Below, piece after piece: positions 1 to 10,678 of a stretch of 64,000 nt of DNA. Every line of letters begins with the position of its first letter. Position 1 is the first letter of the stretch. The DNA comes from a virus (taxonomy: Duplodnaviria; Heunggongvirae; Uroviricota; Caudoviricetes): positions 64,001 to 128,000 of IMG/VR virus record IMGVR_UViG_3300029288_000055, one strand, 5' to 3'. A program made the translations under genes and the position numbers. The notes beneath the pieces were generated by a model. It had not been told where the DNA came from. It was given only the letters and a program-made list of their open reading frames with translations, and did no database searches.

Positions 1-706
1 GTGTATCAACAGCATCTTGTGGTGGCATATCTGAAAGCATATCATCATTACCATCAGCACAATTAAACATTTCATATATTTGATATTGACGTTTTCTTTG
101 TGGACTGTAATGTGTATTATATACTTCGTCAGTTAAACCATAGTCAGTAAGAACAATTGTTGGCTTACCATTACGTATTACTTCACCAAATGTACTTGCT
201 CTATTTAAATCACCAGCACTAATAGAATAATTTCCTATTATATCTTCTAATTCAATAACAAATTCATTATTATTTAAAAGTTCTACAATTGCTTCATCCT
301 GACCAAATGTGCCTCTTCCACCTTTATGATTATCTTCAAAATTCTTAAGAAATAAAAATAATTGAAATAAACTTGGGATGCCAGTTAATTGTTTAATTCT
401 TGATTCACTAACTTTTTTTGCTTTTTCAGCAATAATCCAATTGCCATTTGGGTCATATTCATAAATTTTAGTGACAATATCGTGACTATCTTCATATGTA
501 CCGATATTTATTTCTTCTTCGTTTTGTGCTACTCCTTTGGTATTCTTAGCAATTTTAAATACTTTAGTACCATCAATATCATATACAATTCTACCACTAC
601 CTGCACCAAGTTTTTGAAGGTTTTGATCAGCAAACATTATTTTCTGTCTAAATGATTGTATTTCTTCAAATTGGTCTAAGAAATTTAAGAAATTTTCGTA
701 AGTCAT
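1..706 (-). CDS. Protein kinase-like fold protein (partial, runs off window start; not in ORF track)
   Basis: Manual translation from ATG at 706 gives MTYENFLNF...LGAGSGRIVY (Gly loop)...VFKIAK...QNEEE...GDLNRASTFG...LTDYGL, in kinase motif order, with no stop before position 1. GTATTTAT motif upstream. Confidence 0.7.
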   Translation of the reverse strand, partial: MTYENFLNFLDQFEEIQSFRQKIMFADQNLQKLGAGSGRIVYDIDGTKVFKIAKNTKGVAQNEEEINIGTYEDSHDIVTKIYEYDPNGNWIIAEKAKKVSESRIKQLTGIPSLFQLFLFLKNFEDNHKGGRGTFGQDEAIVELLNNNEFVIELEDIIGNYSISAGDLNRASTFGEVIRNGKPTIVLTDYGLTDEVYNTHYSPQRKRQYQIYEMFNCADGNDDMLSDMPPQDAVDT

Positions 707-764
707 ACTTAAATTATTATTAGTATGTTTATAAATACAAACTTAATGCGAAAAAAAAGCGCAA

Positions 765-1442
765 TTACAGTTGCGCTTTTTTTGCTTTATTTTTGTCTGA
801 AATTTCTTTAATTACTTCAATTATTACTGCTCTGATCATTTCTTTGTTTTCTGTTAGCACTTCTTTTATTCGTTCAGCAGCATACATTTCAATTATTGTG
901 CCTTTAATTGCTTCCTCAACAACAGGACCGAAATTATCAATTAAATAATTATCAACTATTTTTTTTACATTTTCAACCAAATAACCTTCATTAAGATTCA
1001 TTTGTGTTGGAGTTGGAATACCAGTGTTTTGTCTTTGCTGATTACCAGCTACAAATGGTGTAATAGCTTCTGCTAATGTTTGCTTGCTCTTAGTTTGAAG
1101 ATCAATAAATAATTGTTCATCCCTTTCTGGTGACATATTAACTGGCTTAGTTGACTGTATTGGTATACGTGCAGATTCTCTTTCAACTACAGTAGTTTCA
1201 TCAATATTATGATGTATAGTTTCTTTATTTTTTATAGCAACTTTATTTTCGACTAATTTGATCAAATTGGTTGCTGATGTTTGAACACCAGTATCATGTG
1301 ACTTTAATAATTCATATAAAAACTTATCTCTCGGTGCAATATTACTTCCTACTTCACCTGTTGGTGAAGAAGATATTGTGTTTCTCTCCCTTTTTCGAGA
1401 ATCAATTTCAGTTCTAAGTTTATTTAAATCAGGTTTTGCCAT
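765..1442 (-). CDS. Hypothetical phage protein
   Basis: 225 aa ORF preceded by GTATTTAT motif. Confidence 0.6.
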   Translation of the reverse strand: MAKPDLNKLRTEIDSRKRERNTISSSPTGEVGSNIAPRDKFLYELLKSHDTGVQTSATNLIKLVENKVAIKNKETIHHNIDETTVVERESARIPIQSTKPVNMSPERDEQLFIDLQTKSKQTLAEAITPFVAGNQQRQNTGIPTPTQMNLNEGYLVENVKKIVDNYLIDNFGPVVEEAIKGTIIEMYAAERIKEVLTENKEMIRAVIIEVIKEISDKNKAKKAQL

Positions 1443-1474
1443 TTTATAAAATTTTATATTTTTTTATAAATACT

Positions 1475-2377
1475 CTAATCTTTGAAAAAAGTCTTTCTAA
1501 TTATAGGAATATTTTCATTTTCTCTGAACATAGGTGGATTTGTACTTTCTTTTTGTTCGATATCTTTTACCATCTTATCTTTTTGATTTTTGGCAAACTG
1601 ATCTTGTTGAGTTTTATTTATTGGTGTTTTGAGAATAAGTCTATTATATAAATTAGTTAGATCATCAATATATGCGTTTTGTGGAAAATTAGGCTTAGTT
1701 CTAATGTCTTGCAAATTAAAATTGTTTTTATCATCAATTGCAATAAAAAAATCAGTAATAGGTTTTTTCATAACTTTTTTTGCAATATCAATTAAACCAA
1801 GAACGTCATTTTTAGTAATTTTACGATTATTTTTATTTGCATTTTTATATTTTTCCCATCTTGGAACTTTAGGTTTTACAGTTGGTAATATGCCACTAAC
1901 AGCTTCTTTACCACCAGTAACTGCTGCAATAATACCGCCTGTCATATCTTTATCATTTTCTTTGTATCCGGGTGGAACTTGCACATTACCTTGAACATCA
2001 ACAAATTTTTTTCCTGTTGGCATTGCAGAAGTTATATTATTAACGAGAAACATTCTCCAACCGGGTTTTGTTACCCCATCTGTGTCAATCTCATGTTCAT
2101 GTCCTCTCCTGTTTCTTGGAGAATCAGGTCTAAGACTATCACTTCTACCTTTATCCTGCCATGCTCTAAGTGCCAAATTACCACTGGTATTTACTCCTAA
2201 TATAAACGGTCTTATTGTTCGATAGCCAGTTTCAACAGTCGTATCTCCCTTATAATATATATACAAGAATTTATGATTGTTAATAGCATCAACAATAGTT
2301 TTATCACTAACGCCCTCTGTTAAGAGTCTGCGAAAATGCTTAATATTTTCAAATAATATTTTAAACTCACTAATCAT
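1475..2377 (-). CDS. WYL-domain protein
   Basis: IYYKG...RTIRPFILG...LRAWQ...WRMFLVNNITS matches the WYL domain pattern. Confidence 0.7.
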   Translation of the reverse strand: MISEFKILFENIKHFRRLLTEGVSDKTIVDAINNHKFLYIYYKGDTTVETGYRTIRPFILGVNTSGNLALRAWQDKGRSDSLRPDSPRNRRGHEHEIDTDGVTKPGWRMFLVNNITSAMPTGKKFVDVQGNVQVPPGYKENDKDMTGGIIAAVTGGKEAVSGILPTVKPKVPRWEKYKNANKNNRKITKNDVLGLIDIAKKVMKKPITDFFIAIDDKNNFNLQDIRTKPNFPQNAYIDDLTNLYNRLILKTPINKTQQDQFAKNQKDKMVKDIEQKESTNPPMFRENENIPIIRKTFFKD

Positions 2378-2616
2378 TATGCAGTACTTGCATCATATTG
2401 TCTGTCCTGTTGAAACTTATTTTTAGTGATTTCACAGTTTCTTGTTTTTATGTCTGTTTTGCCACCAATACTACCATTCAATTCACCTTTACCGTCTTCA
2501 TCACCTGTTGATAATGCATCTGGATGTCCAGTACTATACTGATCATTATCCGTAAAATCATTCTTAGCAACTGCACATTTTCTGAAAGGCAAGCTAACAT
2601 CTTCTAATCTGCTCAT
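2377..2616 (-). CDS. Small hypothetical protein
   Basis: 79 aa ORF; GTATTTAT motif upstream; coupled to the next gene. Confidence 0.55.
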   Translation of the reverse strand: MSRLEDVSLPFRKCAVAKNDFTDNDQYSTGHPDALSTGDEDGKGELNGSIGGKTDIKTRNCEITKNKFQQDRQYDASTA

Positions 2617-2659
2617 TTTTTTCGTTTTTAATTATTTTATTATCTTATATAAATACAAT

Positions 2660-3442
2660 TTAATCATATTTTGTAAATACTAAATTTATATATTCCAAAA
2701 GGTTTGGCACAATATCTAAATATTCCATTTCATCAACATCATACCAACCATAATTGGTATGTTCATCATTTAATTTTATATCTGTCGGGTCACCTTTATA
2801 ACGACATGCAAATATGGTTTCAATACTATCTGGATTTCTTTGAATAGTAAATGACTTAATAAATTTATCAATATCAACATTAATCTCTTCTTTAATTTCT
2901 CTCTTAATTGCTTTTTCTGGTGTTTCTCCCTTTTCAATTCCACCACCAACTAATGCCCATTTACTTGGTTGCCATATCTTAGGGTTTGACCCTCTTTTTA
3001 AAAGTAAAATTTTATTATCTTCATCAACAATTACAGCAACAGCATTTTTCTTCAATTCATCTTTTTTCTTTTTTTCTTCATTTAATTTTGGAGTTTGATA
3101 CGGCTTTAATTCTGAATTAGGATTGATTGTCATATCCTGTTTAACATCTTTTGTCATTTGAACACCTGCCCTATCACTTACTAATGTCGTATCAATAAAT
3201 TGTTTCATAGCATTTCCACCAGCAAGCGCATATTGAATTTTATCACCAATTTCAGGATTAAAATAATCAAAGAAATTTTTTAATCTTTTCATTGCCTGAT
3301 AAGTTATAGCACCATTTTTAAGCATGAATTTAGCTCTTTTAACGCCTTCACCATTTGGATTGGATATGAGGGTTGTTTGGATGCTTTTCAGTACTTCTGG
3401 GGGTATTTTATACGTCTTATCGTATAATTCTTGATTAGCCAT
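2660..3442 (-). CDS. Nudix hydrolase with N-terminal extension
   Basis: Nudix box GGGIEKGETPEKAIKREIKEE. Confidence 0.85.
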   Translation of the reverse strand: MANQELYDKTYKIPPEVLKSIQTTLISNPNGEGVKRAKFMLKNGAITYQAMKRLKNFFDYFNPEIGDKIQYALAGGNAMKQFIDTTLVSDRAGVQMTKDVKQDMTINPNSELKPYQTPKLNEEKKKKDELKKNAVAVIVDEDNKILLLKRGSNPKIWQPSKWALVGGGIEKGETPEKAIKREIKEEINVDIDKFIKSFTIQRNPDSIETIFACRYKGDPTDIKLNDEHTNYGWYDVDEMEYLDIVPNLLEYINLVFTKYD

Positions 3443-4293
3443 TATTTTCTTTCTAATAAATTTGCAAGTTTATCTTTATCTTTTTGATCTAATTTACTAA
3501 TAAGACCAGCAATTTTTTCAAGTTTTTTTTCTTTTATATCATTATCTTCAGCTTTTTTGGACATTTCATCTTCACTTTTGTCAACAAGTTTATCTTCAAC
3601 AACATTGTCTTCAACAATTTTATCTTCATTTATTTTATTTAAATTTTTATCATATGCAAACAATTTTTGTGCAATTTCTTCTGCACCATATTGTTTTTTT
3701 GCCATTTCCAACCATTTGCCATGCATATCTAATAATTGTTCAATTCGTTGATCAAGTATTCCAGCTTTATCATAATTACTACCACTAAATATTTTTTTTA
3801 ATTCATCTTTAATACTATTATCAAATGGTATTGTTGAATTAACTTCTTCATCAATTGGTTCTTTAAATGCTTTTTCGAAATGTGGCTCAACTATTTTAAT
3901 AATTTTTCTTGCCCAATCAATATCCTCTTTTTCACACTGTTCTGAATGTGCTTCACCAGCATCTTCCTTCCTGTAATCGGGTTTCAATAAATTAGGATTC
4001 TTATAATAATATCTTAAAGTATCAGTATGCTTGTCATGCATAAGTTGTGCTAAATCTTTTAGTAATTCTTTTTGCCCCTCATCTTCCTTACCTTCAAAGA
4101 ATGGAAGCAATGTAAAACCAAAACGACCCAACATATCGTATCTAAACGGTTGTTGGGCAATTTTAGAATTATAATCAGTAGTATTATTTGCTTGGGTATC
4201 TGCGTTGGCATCATTTGTTGGCACATCATTTTTGCCAATCAATTCACCATTAGAATCAATGATCTCAAATAATTGTATCTTTTTTATTTTCAT
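3442..4293 (-). CDS. Hypothetical acidic protein
   Basis: 283 aa ORF; GTATTTAT motif upstream. Confidence 0.6.
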   Translation of the reverse strand: MKIKKIQLFEIIDSNGELIGKNDVPTNDANADTQANNTTDYNSKIAQQPFRYDMLGRFGFTLLPFFEGKEDEGQKELLKDLAQLMHDKHTDTLRYYYKNPNLLKPDYRKEDAGEAHSEQCEKEDIDWARKIIKIVEPHFEKAFKEPIDEEVNSTIPFDNSIKDELKKIFSGSNYDKAGILDQRIEQLLDMHGKWLEMAKKQYGAEEIAQKLFAYDKNLNKINEDKIVEDNVVEDKLVDKSEDEMSKKAEDNDIKEKKLEKIAGLISKLDQKDKDKLANLLERK

Positions 4294-4294
4294 G

Positions 4295-4338
4295 AGTGCA
4301 TATTTTCATATAAATACTATTAAATGTTAATATGCACT
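4295..4338 (-). promoter_or_regulatory. 10-bp inverted repeat enclosing a GTATTTAT motif, with its 3' arm abutting the start codon
   Basis: AGTGCATATT (4295-4304) / AATATGCACT (4329-4338); motif at 4310-4317; ATG at 4293. Confidence 0.5.
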
Positions 4339-4339
4339 A

Positions 4340-7300
4340 TCAATCTTCTTCGTTTTCATCATCAAATGATTCTGCATCATCTTCTTCATCAATACCCTCC
4401 ATTTGATTAACATAAAAATCAAGCATTTCACCTGCAGTAACTTCTTCACGTAAAAGCACTTCCATTGTCATCTCTTCAGGTATTTTAAAGCGTTTTTTAA
4501 AATTATTAAAATATTTTTCTCGTTTTAATTTGATAAGTTCAATTTCCTGTTCCTTTTCAGTCTTAGTAGCCAATGTTATTTCAAGATTCCTGATTCTTTC
4601 TTCTTCTTCGGCTTTTTTTCTATCCAGTTCTAATTCAATTTCACACTTGGGTATATTAACACTTTCTCTTATTGTTTCAATAAACACACCATTATGTTTT
4701 CCAAGAATATATTCACCACCATTTTTAATTAAAACCAAATCACCCTCAAAACATTCCTCATTTACTGATTTAATTTTTGGTTTGTCATTCTTAGCCATCA
4801 GATCATTTAAATAATTTAATGCATGATCATATATTTCATAATAAACTTTATTATCATCAAACATTTTAAACCCTTTCCATATTTTTCTTGGGTCATAACC
4901 AGTTTTATTCCAAAATTCAACCTCTTTTTCTTCCAAATGCATTGATTCATCAAAATCATTCAGATCAAAATTCTTTAATTCTAATTGATATGATGCAAAA
5001 TCCTTACCACCACATCTTAAATCAACTTCTTTAGTTTTTTTATCTTTAACTATTTTGGCAAGTATTTTTTGAGATACTTCAGGTTCAAAGCCAACAAGTA
5101 TTGTTTTAACTCGCTTATTGAATGCATTTAAATATTTTGCAACATTATACTTGCCCATCATGTTTGGATTTTCTAACAAATCATCAGCAGTAATTAAAGT
5201 AGAACAATATCTTTCTTCACCAGTTACAGGGTCTTTAATAATGCTTGAATTTCCTTCGGATGCCTTTGTTCCAGTATTTACATAATAAACAACACTATCA
5301 AGTTCTGGTTCGGGTGGCATGTAGTTTGTAACCAGTTTCAACTTATCATCAATACTTAATTTATCTTCGTCTTTAGTAAAAATTAATTGCGATTTGTGCT
5401 TTTGAAATATTTCTTCGGCAATTTTATTTCTCTTATCAATCAAAAGTTCCATATGTGCCTGTTTACCTTTTTCTCTTCCGTTTTTATCTTTACCTCTCTT
5501 TTTATATGCAGTAATTGTATTTTTTATCTTACTTTTACTTGCAATTTTTTTCAATGGGATTTGACATAAGTACAAATTTTCAGCATAATCATTATAATAA
5601 CTAACAAACTCAGCACCTTTACCATGAAGAATTAATTCCAAACCTTTATCAATGAAGTCTTCAATGTACCCGGGCATGATCTTTGATTTAATCGTATTAC
5701 CCGTCAATTTAATTTTTTCTTTCATTTCGCCAGTCTTTTTATCTTTGGCAAATGCTAAAGTTGCATAATTAATTCTTGAAAGATTAAGGCAAGAAATTGA
5801 TTCACCATCATTATCAATTGACATGTACGGTGGACGCATTTCTTCTTTATTGTACTTATCAATAAGTGCATTAATACCTGTCTTGCCATTATATTGCCAC
5901 ATTTCTTCAATTAATCCCTCACTTAATCCCTCAGTTATTCCCTCATCAGTAATTCTAATTGTTGTTTTTTCTGGATATTGAAAATTAATACCATCAGTTA
6001 CAGCAAGCAATGCAATACAACCATATCTACTGAACCAACTAATTGCATGTCTAAGATGTAATCTACCAGTACAAGTAATACGTGCTGCGCATACGTTATC
6101 TGACCAGTTAAATGAAATATCAGAACCAAGAGCACCGTATAATGAATTGTTCAAAATTTTGATAGGTAATTGTTTGATTTTAAACATCGCAACATCAGCA
6201 GGGGTCAATAATTTATTAACATACTTCAAATGCATTTCTGGGTCGATCTGTTTGAAAAGAACAATTTCTTCGGAATTCAATTCAATACCATTTCCTAATT
6301 TCTTATAGATGTTACGAGTTGTAGTTAAGTACAACAATATTTTCTTCATAACACCAGTAATATCAAATATTGGAAATACGTCTTCAGTTAATTCTATTGA
6401 AGGATAAAGACCAGCATAATCAATTTTGATAATTCTTTTAGTAAATCCTGATTTATAACATCTTGCAAGACCACCTGCAAATTTTTTAGCTAATTTAACA
6501 TCACTTTCAGGAATAGCAAGGTCATTTTCATAACTCCATGCTGTCATAAGTAAATTCCAAACGGAAGCAGTACCCATAGTACAGATTCTCTGATATGTGG
6601 TTGGGATGATCTTAGCAAGCATGAATGATGATTGATTATAAAGTTCATCAACCTGTTCAGTTTCCCAGAGGTCATCAAGAAGATAATTTTTTACAAGTTT
6701 TTTTCCGCCAATAAAGGCATTCATTTTCTTTGGAAGTGCTTCTTCTCTAAACCATTTAACGAAGTCTGGTGCATCATTAAGATATGCAATTTTTAGTGCA
6801 CTGTATTTTTCTGGAGATAATGTTTCTTTATTTGCTTGTAACGTATATAATTTTCTTGCAATAATTTGATATACGTCAGGAACTTGAATATAATTATTTT
6901 TATCGTCAATAACAAACACTTTATTCTCCCAATAAATTCTTCCAATAGCATTATCTTCGCCCGGGATATAGGTGCGATTAGGTCTTGCAATCTTTTCGAA
7001 TTTTGCAATATATTTTAGTTTATTTTCCTTTATTTCACTATTTACTGCTGCAGTTCTTCTTACCGCATGTAATATATCAATTACTGAATACCCCCACATT
7101 TCAGTTGCAATATATTTATCGGCAGTATTACCATATTTAACTGATGTATTGGGTTTTCTTTTTAACTGAACACCCTCTTTAAGACTTGTTGGAATTTTTG
7201 ACATATCCATCTTTAAAAGTTTTGCTCTACCTAAAATGAATTCAAAGTCAAACATTTCTGAGTTAAAACCTAAAATAACTGCTGGTCTTATTTGATCGAT

Positions 7301-8020
7301 CAGATTAAAGAAATCTTGAATAAGCTTAATTTCAGATTCGTCATCATTTGGCTTATTGGTTTCAAGTATCATTTCAAAACCTCTGTTGTCCCTGACACCA
7401 ATAGCAAATAATCTTGCCATTTGATATCTCAAACCAGTTGTTTCACAGTCAAAAGTAAGTTTATGAATTTGCTTATATTCTTCAAGACCTTTGTATAATC
7501 TTGATTGCGTTGATATAAAAAATTGTTCATATGGTTTAACAGAATGAAAAAGGTCACGATGTAAATATTTTACATCGCCTTTTTTATTTCTAACAACATT
7601 TCCATCACTATCTTTAACTTTGTCAAACGGATTGAGACCACCATCACTAAAATAATTTATAATTGCATTATATGATTTATTGCTTGTTACTTTATAACAG
7701 AAACCGTTAACTAATCTTTTTTGATTACCTGTTTTTAGTTTAGTAATTGTAATTCCATATTTTATTCTTTTGCTTTCAATATATGTGTCAGAATAACCTT
7801 CATATAAATTATAACCCAATTTAGGTAAATCTTTCATATACATGAAAGGTTCATATGCCATTTTTATTGTTTTTGGTTCTTTGTTTGGCTCATGAATAAT
7901 ACAATCAGCAAGATTAGTACTTGGGTCTGTTTCAACATTTACCAGATATTTTAAATCATTATTGTAACCTTCAAGAAATCCTTTAATCTCCGCAAGGACT
8001 TTTAGCTTATCCATTTTCAT
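4340..8020 (-). CDS. Family B DNA polymerase with 3'-5' exonuclease domain
   Basis: ExoI FDCETTG, ExoII FNSEMFDFEF, ExoIII YLLDD, motif A DYAGLYPS, motif B KILNNSLYG, variant motif C AVTDG. Confidence 0.92.
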   Translation of the reverse strand: MKMDKLKVLAEIKGFLEGYNNDLKYLVNVETDPSTNLADCIIHEPNKEPKTIKMAYEPFMYMKDLPKLGYNLYEGYSDTYIESKRIKYGITITKLKTGNQKRLVNGFCYKVTSNKSYNAIINYFSDGGLNPFDKVKDSDGNVVRNKKGDVKYLHRDLFHSVKPYEQFFISTQSRLYKGLEEYKQIHKLTFDCETTGLRYQMARLFAIGVRDNRGFEMILETNKPNDDESEIKLIQDFFNLIDQIRPAVILGFNSEMFDFEFILGRAKLLKMDMSKIPTSLKEGVQLKRKPNTSVKYGNTADKYIATEMWGYSVIDILHAVRRTAAVNSEIKENKLKYIAKFEKIARPNRTYIPGEDNAIGRIYWENKVFVIDDKNNYIQVPDVYQIIARKLYTLQANKETLSPEKYSALKIAYLNDAPDFVKWFREEALPKKMNAFIGGKKLVKNYLLDDLWETEQVDELYNQSSFMLAKIIPTTYQRICTMGTASVWNLLMTAWSYENDLAIPESDVKLAKKFAGGLARCYKSGFTKRIIKIDYAGLYPSIELTEDVFPIFDITGVMKKILLYLTTTRNIYKKLGNGIELNSEEIVLFKQIDPEMHLKYVNKLLTPADVAMFKIKQLPIKILNNSLYGALGSDISFNWSDNVCAARITCTGRLHLRHAISWFSRYGCIALLAVTDGINFQYPEKTTIRITDEGITEGLSEGLIEEMWQYNGKTGINALIDKYNKEEMRPPYMSIDNDGESISCLNLSRINYATLAFAKDKKTGEMKEKIKLTGNTIKSKIMPGYIEDFIDKGLELILHGKGAEFVSYYNDYAENLYLCQIPLKKIASKSKIKNTITAYKKRGKDKNGREKGKQAHMELLIDKRNKIAEEIFQKHKSQLIFTKDEDKLSIDDKLKLVTNYMPPEPELDSVVYYVNTGTKASEGNSSIIKDPVTGEERYCSTLITADDLLENPNMMGKYNVAKYLNAFNKRVKTILVGFEPEVSQKILAKIVKDKKTKEVDLRCGGKDFASYQLELKNFDLNDFDESMHLEEKEVEFWNKTGYDPRKIWKGFKMFDDNKVYYEIYDHALNYLNDLMAKNDKPKIKSVNEECFEGDLVLIKNGGEYILGKHNGVFIETIRESVNIPKCEIELELDRKKAEEEERIRNLEITLATKTEKEQEIELIKLKREKYFNNFKKRFKIPEEMTMEVLLREEVTAGEMLDFYVNQMEGIDEEDDAESFDDENEED

Positions 8021-8022
8021 AC

Positions 8023-8385
8023 TTAATCATAGATTATTGTATATGTTAATTCTTTTGTTTCTTTATTGTATAGATATTTTTTATTACCGATAATAAATGC
8101 ATTACTTTTTATTATTAATGTCGCATCAGTTGGAAAAAATCCGCTTAACCATAATGCACTTATTGAATTTTTTCCTTTTATTTTAAAATAATTTTTGTCA
8201 TTAATAATTTCAAAATCCAAATATACTACCTCATTAGGATTAATCAAAAGATTTCCTAAAATATATTTAAATGCACCATCAATATCTCTTTTGGCTTGTT
8301 TTGTCGATATATCAACGCCTAAATAAATTGAATCAAGTAAAAAATCCCTAAAAGGATTGCTGCCATAAACATATCTACTTCCCAT
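8023..8385 (-). CDS. Hypothetical protein
   Basis: 120 aa ORF tightly packed between helicase and polymerase. Confidence 0.55.
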   Translation of the reverse strand: MGSRYVYGSNPFRDFLLDSIYLGVDISTKQAKRDIDGAFKYILGNLLINPNEVVYLDFEIINDKNYFKIKGKNSISALWLSGFFPTDATLIIKSNAFIIGNKKYLYNKETKELTYTIIYD

Positions 8386-10168
8386 GTTTTTCTTTTATCT
8401 TCTTAATTACTTCAGTAAGTACAGATTCTTCAACATTTGACGTATAATCTTCATTGTCAATAACCTTAGTAATTTCTTTTCTTTTACTTTCAATTGAACT
8501 AAATACATAGTCGTCAATAGTATCTCTAAACATTAAAGGATAAATATTTACGACTGCTTTTTGACCAATCCTATGAAGTCTATCACTTACCTGATCATAT
8601 TCTCCTACTGAATAAGGAAGTGTCATAAAGAATAATTTACTGGCTGCAAACAAATTTAAACCATATCCGCATGTTTGTACTGTGCCTAAGAATACTTTTA
8701 AATCACTATCTGGGTCTTGAAACTTCTTTACAATGTCTGCTCTTTCATCATCTTTTTGATCACCAGTATGAAGTGCAGCTACATCACCAAGTTTTTCTTT
8801 CAATTCATATAAAGCATCTTTAAAATAATCAACAATTACAACCTTTTCTCCTGTTTCAAGAATATTTTCAACTAATTCAATTACCTGTTTAATTTTCAAC
8901 GATGCGGTATATTGTCTTAAGCGTAGCATTGTAGTTAAGGGATTACCGTTTGGATGCAATACAAATTCATTTGCAACACCTTCTTCAATTTCATTATATG
9001 TTGCATATTCATTATCATCCATTTCAAACATTATCTTCTGATATATTTTATCTGGAAGATCAAGCAATACTTCGAATTTTCTTTTTCTATGTGTATATGG
9101 TGCTGCTTTATGATAAAGTTCTTCAAGTTTAGCTTCTGCACTGTTTGTAACATAACCCCAACCACTATCATGATCATAAGTCATACCACAATAATATTCA
9201 TAAAAATATTCTTTTGTGGCAAAATCTACAGGAGATATTTGATTTAAAACAGTATATAATTCATATGCCCTGTTTGGTGCAGGTGTACCAGATAAGAAAA
9301 TTTTACTAATTTTACCGCTTTTAAATAAAAGTTTATTGAATGTTCTATTGAAATTCTTATAAGTATTTGCTTTTGTGTTTTTCAATTTCTGACTTTCATC
9401 GCAAATAACAGCATCAATACTATCTATGCCCAATTTTTTCCACTTGGCTAAAAACTTATCTTTATTACTTGAATTAAAAAAGTCATAATTAACAATTACA
9501 TATTTAGCATCTTCAATAGTACATTTGTTTCTTCTCCAGCCAACAATATATGAAATACTTTTCGTGAACTTTTCAACTTCGCTAAAATAATTGAATTTTA
9601 ATGAATTAGGAGTAATAACCACAACCTTTTCAAAGCCATTCATTTCAACATAAAGAATCGAACTAAGACTTTTTCCTAAACCCATTTCGTGAGAAATTAA
9701 CGTGTTACGAGTGGCATTTGCAAATAATGCTGCTTGAATTTGATGTGGATAAAGTTTAACGCCTTCATTCAAAAGTGCATGCATTTTATCAGAATATTGA
9801 ATATAAGTAGCTTCTAATTCTTGCTTATATTTAACCCAATGTTCTTTTTTAATATTAAGATCAGCAATGAATTTACGTTTTTCTTCTTCTGCTGCTTCGA
9901 CTTTTTTGATTTGTTGAATAAAAATCTTTCGGCTATCTTCAGTACCAAAATCAAAATGAATTTTATTAGAACCTTTATATCTTTTTATAAGCAAAAATAA
10001 TCCTAATGTATTAAGTTCCCACGCATATTCCATTGCAACCCATCTTCTTGTAATATGTGGAAGCTCTTTAATTCTATCAGTAAGCTGATTATTAATTGGA
10101 AATCTTAATTGATATAGAGATGTTTTACGAATTCTTAAACAATGTACAATAAAAACGGGTATTTGCAT
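8375..10168 (-). CDS. SNF2-family helicase/annealing ATPase
   Basis: LYPHQ, HEMGLGKS, DESQ, LSGTP, GYGLNL, QVSDRLHRIGQ. Confidence 0.9.
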   Translation of the reverse strand: MQIPVFIVHCLRIRKTSLYQLRFPINNQLTDRIKELPHITRRWVAMEYAWELNTLGLFLLIKRYKGSNKIHFDFGTEDSRKIFIQQIKKVEAAEEEKRKFIADLNIKKEHWVKYKQELEATYIQYSDKMHALLNEGVKLYPHQIQAALFANATRNTLISHEMGLGKSLSSILYVEMNGFEKVVVITPNSLKFNYFSEVEKFTKSISYIVGWRRNKCTIEDAKYVIVNYDFFNSSNKDKFLAKWKKLGIDSIDAVICDESQKLKNTKANTYKNFNRTFNKLLFKSGKISKIFLSGTPAPNRAYELYTVLNQISPVDFATKEYFYEYYCGMTYDHDSGWGYVTNSAEAKLEELYHKAAPYTHRKRKFEVLLDLPDKIYQKIMFEMDDNEYATYNEIEEGVANEFVLHPNGNPLTTMLRLRQYTASLKIKQVIELVENILETGEKVVIVDYFKDALYELKEKLGDVAALHTGDQKDDERADIVKKFQDPDSDLKVFLGTVQTCGYGLNLFAASKLFFMTLPYSVGEYDQVSDRLHRIGQKAVVNIYPLMFRDTIDDYVFSSIESKRKEITKVIDNEDYTSNVEESVLTEVIKKIKEKHGK

Positions 10169-10186
10169 GTTTTATTCAATATCTTG

Positions 10187-10216
10187 CAAAGATAATCAAA
10201 AAAATGAACTTGTCAA
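10187..10216 (-). promoter_or_regulatory. Bacteroidota-type promoter
   Basis: Minus strand TTGACA...TATCTTTG (TAnnTTTG -7 consensus) upstream of SNF2 gene. Confidence 0.6.
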
Positions 10217-10219
10217 GGT

Positions 10220-10678
10220 TTAAAATTTTGAAAAAAGTTTTTTTATTAGTGGCAAGTCATACCATTTTTTTGAACCATTTGATAATTCAGCATCATAATG
10301 CTTACCATTATAATAAATCCATGAATGATTTATTTCTTCACTAACTTTTTGTAAATCTACTGGTGGATAGCCATAATAATCTAACATCATTTTTGACCAA
10401 ATGCCATATGGCGTTTCAATTATTTCCTTCCAATTTTCTCTGGCAAATTCTGGGTCTCTCGTATTAAAAAACATATCACCAGTTAGTTCATGTAAATTAT
10501 TTGATTCTTCACCTATTTTATTAATAATATCTTGTGTAAATTGATCACACATACCATTATTAATATCCCATAATGTACATTTATGCTGTGTGGTATATTC
10601 ATTAGATAATTGTTTAATAATAAAAGATATGTACGAATCTCGTATTTCTTCGTTCACTATTTCAACAACATTTTTCAT
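10220..10678 (-). CDS. Hypothetical protein (start revised to MKNVVEIVNEE)
   Basis: GTATTTAT motif at 10703-10710 lies just upstream of the ATG at 10678. Confidence 0.55.
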   Translation of the reverse strand: MKNVVEIVNEEIRDSYISFIIKQLSNEYTTQHKCTLWDINNGMCDQFTQDIINKIGEESNNLHELTGDMFFNTRDPEFARENWKEIIETPYGIWSKMMLDYYGYPPVDLQKVSEEINHSWIYYNGKHYDAELSNGSKKWYDLPLIKKLFSKF

